Shown here piece by piece: positions 12,020-25,164 of a DNA stretch of 64,000 bases. The position numbers and the translations under genes were made by a program. The stretch's first letter is position 1. Each line of letters opens with the position of its first letter. The DNA is from Lama guanicoe (lineage: Eukaryota): positions 5,257,078 to 5,321,077 of the forward strand of contig MU054001.1 of assembly GCA_013239625.1 (NCBI GenBank), given 5' to 3'. The notes beneath the pieces were generated by a model that made no database searches, had not been told where the DNA came from, and saw only the letters and a program-made list of their open reading frames with translations.

Positions 12020-12150
12020 GGCGAGGAGGACATAGCTCAATGGTAGAGGGTGTGCTTAGCATGCACGAGGTCCTGGTTCAATCCCCAGGACCTGCATTAA
12101 TAAAAATAAATAAATAAATAAACCTAATTACCCCCCCAAAAGGGAAAAAA
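12020..12150 (+). mobile_element. tRNA-Ala-derived SINE (camelid vic-1-like)
   Basis: A box tagctcaatggtagag, cttagcat loop, B box ggttcaatcccc, then an (aaat)n tail; inserted in an L2 tail. Confidence 0.85.
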
Positions 12151-12339
12151 GTTTCATGAATACATATATTTTATTTTCAAAGGCAACTTCACTCAAAAGA
12201 TTTACCATATATTTAACTATAACTTTCTGTTAAAAAAAGACACAAAGGAAAAGAAGCAGTGAGATACACCTGAATTCCCTGCAGGCAGCACATTTTAGGG
12301 ATGGTGGGGTGGGGGAGGGGCAGAGGCATCCTAATAACC

Positions 12340-12490
12340 ACGCTGCATGAGCACCCATCCCTCTCACACCCAATGTATTATATTTGTAATTCCATTCACT
12401 CCTCTTGACAGCCCTCTAAGACTATCTCCCCATTTTATAGATAAGCTGAGATTCAAAAGGCTAAGTAGCTCGCTTAAAACCACACACTGA
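12340..12490 (-). mobile_element. MIR SINE
   Basis: ccccattttatagataagctgagattcaaaaggctaagtagctcgc. Confidence 0.65.
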
Positions 12491-12720
12491 TCCTCACCAC
12501 CATGCTCCCACTACATTTCTTCCCTGGACAGCGGGGGCCTGTCTTGTTCCTTGCATAAAGGATTTTCAGACTAGGGGTGAACCTGCCTCCCGGGCGAGCA
12601 GGTGGGTGTTCAGATCCCTTTCAAGGGCCCTGAAGCCCAGCGGGTCAAGTCATCAGCCACACCTGGCGGAGAGGTGAGGCCGCACAGGTTTGCCTCTCCA
12701 CGCAGAGGAAAGTGACTGTT

Positions 12721-12739
12721 CTGCGCCCCCTCGTGGCCA
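12721..12739 (-). promoter_or_regulatory. Strong candidate CTCF site
   Basis: The minus strand reads TGGCCACGAGGGGGCGCAG versus the consensus TGGCCACCAGGGGGCGCTA; outside recognisable repeats. Confidence 0.7.
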
Positions 12740-13309
12740 GGTGAGGCATAAGCGCAGAGAAAGCTGACAACCCCTCACACTAATTGCAGGTGGTCTGTGG
12801 TTGCAGGATCAGCAGGGTGCTCTCCCCCTTCCTAAGGATGTCTCGGTTGGGGGTGGTAAATGATTTTGTCCAAGTGGCCCCGTTCTCAGGGCCCCAGGGG
12901 CTCATTTTCTAAGTATGCACTTTCACCTAAAGGGAAAAGCAAATTACCTTTCCATCCAAAGCTCTCTTCTAGAAGTTTTCGGGGGGCTTCTTTCATCTAA
13001 TGGGTCTTTTATATCTTATTTATTTATTGCCCATATTTGATTAAACGTATTCTATTCTCAGGAGTCCCCTCCCCCCAAAGGTCACTTTCCACAGGCTTGA
13101 TTTAATTACCGAGTGTCGACTTGAGGATGAAAGGTAGGAAACAAAAGGTCTTCCTTATGCAATCTGAGCCCAGATAAAATCGTATTAACATTTCACCTTT
13201 TGTTCCTGTGCAAGAGAAAGCCTGTGGTGCATTGTATCCAAAGTTATTGAAATCATTTGGAAAGAAAGAAAAGTGGTAGATAGCTATGGCAGTGAATTTG
13301 GATCCCCCC

Positions 13310-13410
13310 AAGTCCCAACAGGAAAGAAAAAGGAAGAGGAAGGGGAGAAGGAGGACGAGGAGGGGAAGGGAGTAAGGGAGAGAAAGAGAGAGGGAGAGGC
13401 AGGGAGAGAG
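13310..13410. repeat. GA-rich low-complexity tract
   Basis: Nearly pure purine run ggaaagaaaaaggaagagga...gagagag. Confidence 0.8.
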
Positions 13411-13469
13411 TGATGATGCTACACTCTAAGCCTTGTTTTAAATTCAAATCAGGAAAAGACAACCCAGGC

Positions 13470-13680
13470 CAGCTGGATTCTCACTAAGTCTGCCTGTAAC
13501 TCACTCCAGATCCTGAGGCAAGTCCCTGCTCCTCTCTGAGCCTGAACAGCTCCATCTGCAAATAAGAAGACAATCCTCCTTGTCCAGCTCTCCTGGCGGG
13601 GAAGCTGTGAGGATAAAACAGATACGTGGAGGCCCACTGGAAAGGTCAGATCATCACACAACATAAGCTACCTCGTTATT
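13470..13680 (+). mobile_element. MIR SINE
   Basis: ggcaagtccctgctcctctctgagcctg...ccatctgcaaat...gtgaggataaaa. Confidence 0.7.
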
Positions 13681-14828
13681 ACCACTTCCTCACATGCCTC
13701 CCAGGTCAAAATCACAAGCCCACCTGGCTCCTCCACCATCACAGATGAAACATCAAAAAAAAAAAAAAAGATGTGAGACTATAATCACCACTGCAGAGGA
13801 ACAGGGGAGGAACTGAGCAGACCCCAGATGTAAGCAAACATTCCTATTATCCCAAGGGAGATGGCAGCAGGGTGGTGTCCTCCTACGTCTCCAATGCGGA
13901 TCAAATCGCAGTGGGTCCTTGCCTGCTGGCCCGAATTCTCCAGGCCACAAAGAAATAGCTGGGACGCAGGGAGGCCCCTGCAGAGGGTAAAGGTCCTCAG
14001 GTGTGAGCAGCTGTGGTGAAGAGTTTATTAGAGACCTAGCAGGCAGAACTACCCGTGGACGAAGGGCTTGTCAGCACAGAGTCCCCGTCACCCAGCGTGA
14101 CCCAGTGGCTCAACAGGCAGTCCAGGCTTTCCACCAGTTAGAAGAGGCCCTCCCCACTGCACCCTGTTCCCTTGGCTCACACAGGTTTCTCCTCCCCAAC
14201 AGCAGAGGCTAATCACAGGCGTGTCTTCTGCCTGCCAGAAGGAAGTGAAGTGCCCTCCTGAGGTTGCGAGTGACAGTACCTGCAGGATACGAGGGCAGCT
14301 AGGAAGCCAGGAGGAAACCTCTACCGGCCTCCCCATTGGGTCTCCTCCCTCTAGGGCCACAGAGTCAGGCCCAGGGGCCCCGAGTGTCTGACTCCTCTCC
14401 AGCCTCTATTTGAATTCCCTGGTCCAGATCCACCAATCAGGACAATGTGTTTTTGCTCAAGACTGCCTCCGCCATCACTGTTCAGGGAACATGAGAGAGA
14501 GTGGGTCCTTCTCTCCCTCTCGTGGGGGCCCAGGGGGTGAAGATGCGGCTCTCACACCCCACTGCCATCTTCATTCTCCTCTTTCCCCCACTCGCCTCCG
14601 CTCTTCACGGCAGCCCCCTGAAACCATGCCCTTCCCCTCTCTGGACCCCAATTGGTTATTTTTATTTATTATTAACATCCTGATAGGCGGAGAAGCTGAC
14701 CAAGCGATGCCACATTTTTGGAGGATTAAGTTCCCCTGAATGAATGTGATAATCCAGAAAAGAAGTTTCCACTCTCGGGGCCACAGACACCCGGGAGAAC
14801 TCAGATGTGGCTGGGCAGTCCCTCTGGA

Positions 14829-15055
14829 CATTCACAAATACTTACTGAGCACCTGGTATGTGCCAAGCACCATTCTGGACATCTGGGAGACACCATGAAT
14901 GAAACAGAGCAAGACCCCTGCCCTGTGGCATCCAGACTCTAGGTGGGGTGGTGGGGAGGGGGGAGGCAGGAAAGAAACAATCGGCTTGAGAAACAAACTA
15001 CTGTGTGTCATAGGTAATAAATGCCAATGGTGCAAAAGAAGGAGAGTGGGCTGAG
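14829..15055 (-). mobile_element. L2 3' fragment
   Basis: cattcacaaatacttactgagcacctggtatgtgccaagcaccattct. Confidence 0.85.
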
Positions 15056-15079
15056 GGGAAGCAGGATGCCCACAGCAGG

Positions 15080-15440
15080 GTGTGGAGGGCAGTAGCTGAC
15101 AAGGCTCTTGGGACAAAGAGGCGTGGGGCTGCACAGCCCTGAGGTGAGGTGTGGCCACGTGACCTGCTTTGGCCACTGGAACAAGAGCAGAGGCATCACA
15201 GGTCCCTTCCTGGGGAAGCAATTAGGAGATGGTGTGCAGTCTCCACCATGACCACGTGGCCATGGACGAGGCTCCCTCAGCCTGAATCGCCAACTCACAG
15301 CCCCCAAGACCAGTGCCCTGGATGGTTGCCCAGACCGAGGGCAGCTTTGTGTGAATCAGAAATAACATTTGCTGTACTAAGTCTGGGACTTTGGGGGTTG
15401 TATTTACTGCAGCATAACTCACCTGCTCACGACTGACACA
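15080..15440 (+). mobile_element. MaLR solo LTR (MLT1I/J-like)
   Basis: ggtgtggccacgtgacctgctttggcca...gaaataacatttgctgtactaag...actgcagcataac...gactgacaca. Confidence 0.8.
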
Positions 15441-16049
15441 AAGATTGTTTCAGAAAGCCCGTTCCTCACCAGACCTCAGCCTGATTGCTTAAAGTTGGGA
15501 AGAATCTTCCCAATCTCAGTGCAACTCACAGCTCCTTCCTCTGGTCCACCCAGCGCGCACCCCGCCGTGTTATGTGTCCTGTTAGTTGTCCTGGCTGATG
15601 CCAGGAGCCCTGAAATTCTGAGAATGTCTTGAAATTGCTGGAGTCTCCTGTTTTATTGCTTTTATCCAACAGCTCTGTAAGGCAAGCACAGAGCGACCAC
15701 GGTGACCACATTTAGCAGATCAGAAATGGAGGCACAGGTGAGCCGGATGACACAGCCAAGGCCACATATCTGAGAAGACATGAGGTTGAGCCTGGAGCCT
15801 GCTCCTTCTAGGCCACTGGCGTTGAGGGGTCGGGGTCTTCTGAAATGAGGCCATGAGTTTCTAATCATTCTTTGACTGTAAGGGTGACCCTCCATCCTCC
15901 GCACCAGGCTACAGCTGGGCTGGAAGCGGGGAGACTGGGGTGCATCCGTCGACTCTTCTCCATCCCCCTCCCCCTTCTGTCACCTATCCTCCACCTGCCC
16001 AGATACAGTGGCCTGTGAACCACTGTCACAGCTTTGTTCCCATCTCAGG

Positions 16050-16400
16050 CTGCTGCTGCCTGATCCTAAGTTTACACAGTCTGTTTCCTAGTCTCAAAAA
16101 CTCTGTGCCTCTCCTGGTCACCTATTCTAAATCAGCTCTTACTCATGCTTCTGATCTGGTATCATATGTCACCTCCTCCAGGTGGTCTTCCTTGATTGCC
16201 CAGACAGGTGCCATGTTACTGTGTTACCTGCGCTCACACTCCCCGCCCTCCTCGTCCTTCACCAACACGCTCACTTTGGATAGCTTCCCCCTTCCCTCCT
16301 AGGCTGGAAGCACCATGAGGGTAGGATCCTTTGCTCTTTTTCTCTTCTCAATGTTTTGAACTTAATAAGCCACACTAAATATTTGTAGACAGAATTGACA
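16050..16400 (+). mobile_element. L2 fragment
   Basis: atgtcacctcctccaggtggtcttccttgat...ctggaagcaccatgagggtagg...taaatatttgt. Confidence 0.6.
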
Positions 16401-17744
16401 AACTGTCAAAAAGCTGTACAAACAGAAGGGATTTTTGTCCCTCTACACTAAATGGAAATTCCACCTTCCCCAGCAAGATTTCACAGATCCTCTCACCGTA
16501 GGTGCTTGATTGCGTTTTAAATAAAAAGACCAGTCCCCAGACACCGTGGGCAGCCGCATCAGAGCCTTTCCCAAGTAATGAACTTCCGCGGCATTATTGC
16601 TGCATTAAATTGTGTTAATCAAATGGGAAGCGGTAAGCGGTTTTCTTCCTCCGTAATCCTTCCTGAGCTGTACACTCTCAGTGGGAAAATAAAAAAGGCC
16701 GGCACGGATCAGAGTCCAGAATGGATCAAAGAAGAGCGGTTGTGGTTTGTGTAAATTTTGCACTTACAAAACCCCCTCCTCGTTTCTCTTTATTAAAAAG
16801 AGGCTGAAGCGTGACAATAACATGCTGTTCAAAGAGTAACAATCAAAAGCAGAGCATCTTGCTCAGACACTCAGAGGCAGAGGGAGCGGGAAAGCCACTC
16901 AGACAGGATGCCACTCACTTGCTCTGCACCCAAGAACAAAGCCCATTTGCCAAACCTCCCTTGGAAGGACACATGTCTGCAGGTGCGTGTGGGTGGGCAG
17001 AAGCACTGCTTGCCTTTGCACAAAGTAGCTGTGAGTTCAGGATTCAGAGGAACTCATTCTTCCCTGCTGCTTCCAGAGACCAACTGCTGAGCTGTATGCT
17101 GGGAGGAGAAAGATGGCAGATCAGCGGTCCTAGCTCTCAGGATGCCCCTGGCCTGGTGGGAGGGTGGAAACAAACCAGACACGTGTGCTGCAAAGGAGAG
17201 AGTACTATCATCAGGGTCAGAGGCTCCAGAGGCAGGGAGGGTGGGGAGGGCACCGGGGCACAAACTGGTGTCAGGTCCACACGGTCCTTCCGCAATGAGC
17301 CTGAGATTGACCTGGACAATCAGCTTTTGAAAATCTCCTTCAGGGCCAAGGGGGTCTCCCAACTTCTGGGCTCCAGAGAAACTTCCCCAAACATCAGCGT
17401 CCTCCAGTGACATCCAGTGTCGACTCACATGATCAGTTCCAGGTTGGGCCAAGTCCTATAGAGCAAAGCTGGGGAAGGCAAAAACTCCCATTTATATCTC
17501 CCTACAGTCTTATCCTGAAAGGAGGCCAGAGAAGCAGCACGATCTCCCCTACCAGCAAAGGCCACTGATGTGTGCAGGGTATTGGACAATGAAGAACAGG
17601 CAAGAGGGAAGCAAGCCAAACAGGTGAGGCAGGTGTGCAGCAGGTAGAGCTCATCTTGACTCCAGTGGTACCCTCTTCCCTTAAAAGTGGGATGCTTTGA
17701 GGGGAATTCAGATCCCAGCAATCAGCCAGGATGGGTATGCAACA

Positions 17745-17910
17745 TATCCTCTTTACCGAGTCCTCACTGTTTGGCAGGCACAGTGTGCTCATCATGTCAT
17801 CTGTGATACCACCTTTAATGCCCACGTGTCCCTGTTTCACAGGGGAGGGGCAGGTGAAGTTCAGAGATTCAGTCACAAGCCTGAGTTCACACAGCGACAG
17901 AACCAGAGGC
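17745..17910 (-). mobile_element. MIR SINE
   Basis: tttaccgagtcctcactgtttggcaggcacagtg...ccctgtttcacagggg. Confidence 0.6.
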
Positions 17911-18639
17911 CTGAGCGGTTCACTCCCGAAACCCCTTTTATTTCCACTGAAGCCTGCTGAGGGGTTTTGGGTGTATCTTGTAGGATTTTGTGTTGTTTTT
18001 CTAAAAGCGAGAAAATGGCAAAACACAAGTGGCCCAGTTGCCCAATATTTTTTAAAAAGCAATTACATTTCTCAGACTGTTAGTTGCCATGGCAGACTGT
18101 GCCCTTTTGGTATTTGGGAAATGTAAGAGCCAGCCAGAATGCAAGGCCGCTGTGGCATTTCATGTGATGCTGAAAACCCAGACAGTTCTGATGAGGGGCT
18201 CACGGCCTTGGGTGGAATCTTGGGCCCCAGATGCCTCAGAGTCATGATCTCTAGAAGGACAGGGCTGCTCCTGGGATGGGGCATTGGAAAGGAAGTTCGC
18301 TGGTTGGGGAGTAAGGTATCCTAGCCTGAGACACCCCCCCGCCACCTTGCCATTAACTCATCTTGGGCGTTGAGGTGAAAGTTATATTTGTCCACGCTTG
18401 TCCTTCAGGAAAATGAGGTGACTTGTAACTACCACTTGTGATGACATTGTGATAATTAGTGATCAAAAGTGATGACTGTCAACACCCCCCAAACAGGACG
18501 TGCTGCACAAGCATAGAGGAGCAGCAGGGTGAAATGGATCCGGAGAGAGTCACAGGGCAAAGGGGGACATGTTCATCACCAGACGGCAGAGTAGGAGCAA
18601 GAATGCAACTCACATAGAATGAGAGGGACCAGATGTCTC

Positions 18640-18745
18640 ATATGTAGAATACATACATACATACATACAAATATAGTATATACATATACATGTGCATAAT
18701 ATATAACTTATTATATATTCTATGTGTATATAATATATAGTACAA
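18640..18745. repeat. (TACA)n/(TA)n AT-rich simple repeat
   Basis: acatacatacatacatac...tatatacatataca...tatataatatatag. Confidence 0.85.
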
Positions 18746-18784
18746 TAATGAGATAGTAATGATAAAATAAACTTTTTCCTGATG

Positions 18785-18925
18785 GTTTATTTGTTTAAGT
18801 ATTTCTGAGTATTTCTTATGTGTCAAGTACTCTGCCAGGCACTGGAAAAAAAGCAATAAAAAAGAGAAGCAAAGTCTGCTGTCTCCCGGAGGTTATGTCC
18901 CAGTGGGAAGAGGACAGACAACAAG
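18785..18925 (-). mobile_element. L2 3' fragment
   Basis: aagtatttctgagtatttcttatgtgtcaagtactctgccaggcactgg. Confidence 0.7.
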
Positions 18926-18984
18926 GGACTTACTATGGATCACCAGCGCTGTCCCACGCCCTCCACATTCTTCCCTGGGACAAG

Positions 18985-19250
18985 TTTCAATGGCTGCATA
19001 ACATTTTATTGTTTGGGTTACTGTAATTGAGCTAACTAGTCCCCTATTGTTTGCCACTTAGGTTTTTCCACATTTGGAGGATGGCACCAACTTATGTAGG
19101 CATTCACGAATATTTCCTTAGGATATAGGCAAAGAAGTGGAAATGTTGGGTCCAAGTATATGAATATTTCTAAGGCTTTTGCTACAGTTATCAAGATAGC
19201 CTCCCAAATTAGCCCCAGTTTCTACCTCCAGCTGTAGGACAAGAGACCCA
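18985..19250 (-). mobile_element. Ancient L1 (L1ME-like) ORF2 3' fragment
   Basis: aatggctgcataacatt...tatttccttaggatata...gaagtggaaatgttgggtc. Confidence 0.65.
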
Positions 19251-19261
19251 AATCTTAAACA

Positions 19262-22200
19262 TCTTGGAATTAAACTAGAAATCGATTACTAAGATATCTG
19301 GAAGAAATCCCCAAATACTTGGAAATTAAACAATACACTTCTACATAATCTGTGGGTCAAAAGGAAATCTCAAGGGAAATTAGAAAATAGTTTGAAGAAA
19401 TAATTGAACAAAAATAAAACAAAACATGTCAAATGTATGGGACGCAGATAAAGCATTGCTTAGAAATTGCAACATTAAGTGCTTATATTTTTAAAAAGAA
19501 AGGTCTCATATTAGTAACCTAGCTTTTTACTCTAAAAAGAAAATAAAGGAAAAGAGGGAGATAAACCCAAAGCAAGTGAAAGGAAAGGCAAAAATAATGA
19601 TGAGGGTGGAAATCAATGAAATTACAAACAGGAAAATAGAGAAATCAATGAAAATAAAAGCTTTTTTTAAAAAATATCAATAAAATTGACAAACCAGTAG
19701 CCAGACTCTCAAAGACATAGAAAAGACACAAATGCCTTTATTAGGAATGAAAGAGAAGACAGTCACACAGACTATTCAAACATTGAGTTTAATGAAGGCA
19801 TAGCATGAACAAGCCTATATACATAAATTTGACAGCTTAGATGGAATTGCTTAATTCCTAGAAAGCCACAAACTACTAAACTCACCCAAGCAAAAATAGA
19901 TACCCTGAACAGGTCTGTCCATAGGAAAATGAAATTATAGTTTAAAACCTTTTGAAGAAGAAAATTCCAGGCTCAGATAGTTTCCCTGTGACTTTTACCA
20001 AACATTTAAAGAAGATTCTGCACTAACTCTTCCAGAGAATAGAAGAGGAAGGAATATTTCCCAACTTATTTTATGAGACTTATGTTACCTTGATATCAAA
20101 ATCAGGAAAAGTAACAAGAAAACTACAGACCAGTATCCCTCATGATATAGATAAAAAACTCGTCGAAATATTAGCAAATTGAATGCAGCAACACACACAC
20201 ACAAAGAAAAGAATAATACATGACAACCAAATGCAATTTATCCCAGGAATGCAAAGCTGGCTCAACATGTGAAAATTAGTCATTGCAATCTTCATATTAA
20301 TAGGATGAAAGAAGAAAAATCTCATAGTTCTATTAATTGACACAGCAAAAGTATTTTAAAAAATGCAACATCTGTCCATGATAAAAACTCTCTGTAAATT
20401 AAGAATAGAAGGGAACTTCTTTAACCTGATAAAGAGCATCCACAAAAATCTACAGCTAACATCATATTTGATGGTGAAAAAAAATTCATGCTTTCATCCT
20501 AAAATTGAGAACAAGGAAAAGATGTTCACTCACAGGACTTCTACTCAACATTACACTGGAAACCCTAACCCAGGCAATCACACCAAAGCCAAACAAGGCA
20601 TAGAGATTGGAAAGGAAGAGATAAAACAGTCTCTGTTCATGGATAATATGATTGTCTGCTTAGAAAATCCCCAAGGAATCTATAAAAGACAAAACCTAGA
20701 AGTAACAAGTGAGTTTAACAAGATCATGAAATTCAAGGGCAACTTGTAAAACATCCAGAAATGAGCAATTAGAAACTGAAATATTAAAAAAATAATATAT
20801 ACAATAGCTCCCCCCCCAAAAAAAGAGGAAGTAGCTTAGTAGATATAAATCTAACAAAGATGTGTGCAAGATATTTATGCTGAAAGCTGCAAAGCACTAA
20901 TGAAAGATTTCAAAGAAAATCTAAATGATTGGAGAGACATACTGTGCTCATGGAATGTAAGACTCAACGTAGTTAAGAAACCAATAATTCTCTCCCAAAC
21001 TGATCTATATATTTAATACAATTATAATCAAATCCCAGTAGGATTGTAGATATAGACAGATCAATTTTAAAGTTTATATAGGAAAACAAAGGCGCTACAG
21101 TAGTCAATTTAAAAAAAGAACAAAATTGGAAAATTCATACTATACAATTTTAAGACATTATAAAGCTACTATGGATTGTATGGCATTTATTGACCGAAGG
21201 ATAGGCACATGATCAATGGAACAGAATGGAGAGTCAGTGATGGACCCACACAAATACAGCTCATTGATTTTTGACAAAGATGCAAAAGTGATTCAGTGGA
21301 GAAAGAACAGGCCTTTCAACGAGTGATGTAGAACAATTGAATATCTCTATGCCAAAAGACAGAACAAATGAAAAAAAAAAAAAGAAAGTAGAGAGGGAGG
21401 GATGGAGATGGGTGTACACCTCACACCTTACACAAAAATTAACTCAAAATAGACCACAGACCTAAATATGAAATACAAAACTATACAAATTTTTAAAGAA
21501 TGAATAGGAAAATTTTTTATGACCTTGGGTTATGTAGAGATCTCACACTAGACACCAAAAGCACAAAAGAAAAAAAAAGATAAATTGGACCTCATTAAAA
21601 TTAAAAGCTTTTGCTCTGCAAAAGACACTGTTAAGATAATGAAGCCAAGATACAGACTGAGAGAAAATATTTACAAATTACATAAGTGCTTGTACCCAGA
21701 ATGTATAAAGAACTCTCAAACTCAACAATAAGAAAATGAAAACTCAGTTTAAAAGAGGGCAAAATATTTGAACAGACACTTCACAAAGAAAATATGTTTA
21801 TGACCATTAAGCACATGAAAAGACAACCAACATCATTAGTTATTAGGAAAATGAAAATTAAAACCACAGTGCAATATCAGTATACCCCTATGAGAATAGC
21901 TTTTTCAAAAAGAAACTCCAAACCCTGGTAATACCAAGTGCTATCAAGGATGTGTAGCAACTGGAACTCATATGTTGCTGGTTGGAAAGCAAAATGGTAC
22001 AGCCACTCTGGAAAAGAGTTTGATCATTAAATATACACCTACCATATAACCCAGCAATACCACTCCTAGAAATAAGAGCCTGTCCTCAGACAAAAATCCT
22101 GTATGTGAGCATTTATAGCAGCTTTGTTTAGAATCACTCCAAAACTGGAAACAACCTTAATATTCTTCAGTGAGTGAATGGATAAAGAAACATTGGTACA

Positions 22201-22548
22201 TTCATGCTGTGGAATACTACTCAGCAGTGAAAAAGAAATAAGCTATTATTGATGCATGCAACACTGTGGCTCCCAGGCACTATCTTGGGTGAAAGGAATT
22301 GCACACTGTGATTCCATTTACATGACACTTACACGAAAAAGCAAAACTGTAGAATGGAGAGCAGACCAGCGGTGGCCAACGATAAGGTTAGGCTGAGGTT
22401 ACACCACGTGTGGGCAGCAGGACATAATTGCTGGGGCGAGAGAACTGCTTCATATCTTGATGGCAGTGGTGTCTGAGTGTTAAAACTCATAGAATTGTGC
22501 ACCCCAAAGGGAAGTGGTGGTTTTACTGTACGTAAATTTTTTTTTTAA
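19262..22548 (+). mobile_element. Degenerate L1 (L1MC/L1MD-like), most of ORF2 plus 3' UTR
   Basis: ORF 20363-20749 (QHLSMIKTLCKLRIEGNFFNLIK...IGKEEIKQSLFMDNMIVCLENP) matches the L1 ORF2 RT region, with FADD decayed to FMDN; many frameshifts; 3' end aaaactcatagaattgtgcacc...ttttactgtacgtaaatt. Confidence 0.95.
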
Positions 22549-23319
22549 TTAAGCCTCTCATTTCAGCCTTCTTCCTACCACACTACACTGTGTCTCCAAA
22601 GGGGGCAGGCATTGCTCAGAGCAACTCACAGTACAGGGCAGGTCCTTCACAACTTCCCTTTATAGAGTATCAGGCACAGCTACTCGACTTCATCTCCCAG
22701 AATCAATTTTCTGCCTTAATTACAAGTGTGTTTCTAATGGAGAAAATCTTGCTTTCCCATTTCGGTGTTCTGAGTGGAAGTGTAATTAATTCTGGCCATG
22801 AGATACTGTTTTTCTGTGTCCTGTTCCTCGATCTGCCTGAACTTTCAGGCTCCTGCCCGTGTCTAAGCCTTGTCCTACGACTTCTTTTCAGTTAGCCTGC
22901 TCACGGTTGCAAATTACAGCCTTCCGAGTTAATATGGAGATTTTATTACTTTACGTGACCAGCAGTTCAAAGGTTTAGCGGTATTGAGATTGGTTAATTT
23001 TATGAACACATGTCCATAATCAGGGAGAAAGGCGATGCAGGAGATGGTTCCGGCACTAGGGAACCGAAGGTGCCCTGAGCCTCCTCCCCGCCTCCCTAAT
23101 AGCCTTCCAATAAATTGCCCTTTGCTGGAGGTAACCTGCATCTGTTCCTGCAGCTTGTAAACAAGGACTCTTAACTGATGTGCAGACCTGATGCAACCCT
23201 GGGCTACCACTGAACATTAACCCTAGGAGGACAGGAGTTCCACTGTCCCAGCCCTGTCTGACAGAAAGGAGCCTTCAGAAATGTGACTGTCAATGGCCAG
23301 GTAACAAAATGACTGTAGT

Positions 23320-23440
23320 GTAGACTGCATGAGGGCTCACATTTGTGTTTGTTTTGTTCACTGCTGAATCCCCAATATTCAGAAAAGTGCCTAGCCCTGG
23401 TTGGCTCTCAATAAATATTTGTTGAATAAATGAACAAACA
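23320..23440 (+). mobile_element. L2 3' end
   Basis: ttgttcactgctgaatcccca...ctcaataaatatttgttgaataaatgaa. Confidence 0.9.
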
Positions 23441-23929
23441 TTTAGAGTTTCCTCCGGTGGACCTGGTCCTGCACTGAAGTCTGGAAATACAGCTGTAAAC
23501 AAGCCAAACAATAAGCTCCAGCTCCCCGGAGATATTTGGGACACTCAGATAATCAGCCTTAGGAGCCCACCTCTAACAGCCACTCTCAAGAGCAGAGAAC
23601 GGGAGCCTGCAAATTCAAGGGCAAACCAGGCCACTTTCCTTAGCATCGATCAGCCCTTTCTTATTGCCATCTGCTCCCTTCAGGATGTTCCTCGGGAAAA
23701 AAAGAAGAAAACAAATAAAATTAAAGATGTTGCCAGATGCTCCCAGCAGAAGTAACATCTTGGGTGAAAATTCCCCAGTCCCACTGATAACATTAATTGG
23801 TGCTGGTAGGTTGGAGACATCAGGATGAGGCAGCTATAAAGTGTGGGTTTGTCTAGAGACAGTCTCAGGGAGGAAAGGTTGGGGACCCCAGTTAGAGGTC
23901 ACTACTTCCTGTGTTACCTCAAAACTGGT

Positions 23930-24800
23930 GGAGCACCCAGTGTCCCAATCCTGGTTTATGTCATCACTATTCATTCCATTCCCCAAGCCAGAGATTGCGG
24001 TCACCCCCAACTCACCCCTCTACCCCATCCTTTACATACAGTGGCTCTCCCACTGTGGCTCTGAATGCCTCTGCAGCCAGCCCTGCCTTTTCACCCTACA
24101 GCCACAGCCCTAGCTCAGCTGTCGCTGCCTCTCACATGCACTACCTCAATGATCTCCCACATGATCTCTGTGTCCCGTGGCTCTGCCCCCCAAGTCATTC
24201 CTCACAGTACCTCTGAATCCTCCTTGGGAGAGACCACCCTGAACCTGTCACTTCCTTGCTCAAAAATCTTTGATGACAGATGGCTCTGCTTTGTTTTCAG
24301 GGCACTGAGTGCCCATCCCAAAATGGGGCCCCCCTCCCCTTCCAGCTCTGTTGTCCCCGGCCTTCCTCTGCCCTATGCACACCAGAGCTCCCTCCATGCT
24401 TAGTCCTGCTGGAGTATAGATGATGTTGTCTGACAGGGGTCCATACGCCCACTTCCTCCCCGGACTGTGATTCCTGGTAATCCAGAACCACAACTTGCTG
24501 GTGTGTGTACCTCCTTCAATGTCTTGCTACCTCCAAAGGCAAACCACTCTCAGCCAACCTAGCTGGTCTCATGGTCTCCCTCCCACCTCCAATCTAGTGC
24601 TCCAATTATTGCTCCGTTTCCTAGTCCTCTTATCCTTTGTTCCTAATACCCAAGCCCTACTCATTTTACAAGCCCCCTTCATCCATGCAGACTTCCTTGA
24701 TAGCTCCTGAACTTTCTGGTTTGCTCTATTTTCCCAGAATAAGAGTTCTATGTGGGCATATATCTTGTCTGTCTGGTTTGCTGCTCCATCTCCACTGCTT
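23930..24800 (+). mobile_element. L2 internal/3' fragment
   Basis: cccaagccagaga...ctctcacatgcactac...tgtcacttccttgctcaaaaatctt. Confidence 0.7.
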
Positions 24801-25164
24801 AGAGCAAAGCTTTTTTTTTTTTTTTTCGGAAAAAAGGGAAGGAAGGAAGGAAGGAGGAAGGAAGGAAGAAGGAAGCAGACCTCCCAGCCCTGGGACCTTG
24901 TGATTTCCTACTCTTTGTTCTTCCTTATTGTTCATGCATTGGTCTGGTCTACATTACATAAGAGGTAAGAGAAGGGAGAAAAATCTCTATTGCTCAAAGT
25001 GATCAAAGGTGGCTTCCTGTCAGATACAGAACTTACCACGAATATACCAATTTCCACAGTGCCAGACACTACATCCAGTGGTAACCAAGATGCACACAGG
25101 GCCCCTGACATGAGTGAGGTTACAACCCAGCAATCAAGAGTACTTGGGATAATGAGAGAAGTGG

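Noticed and set aside
16811..17410. 199-aa ORF
   Set aside because: Non-ATG start, no recognisable domain, and no supporting exon structure.
20363..20749. Reverse transcriptase CDS
   Set aside because: A dead L1 ORF2 fragment: frameshifted, with catalytic FADD changed to FMDN.
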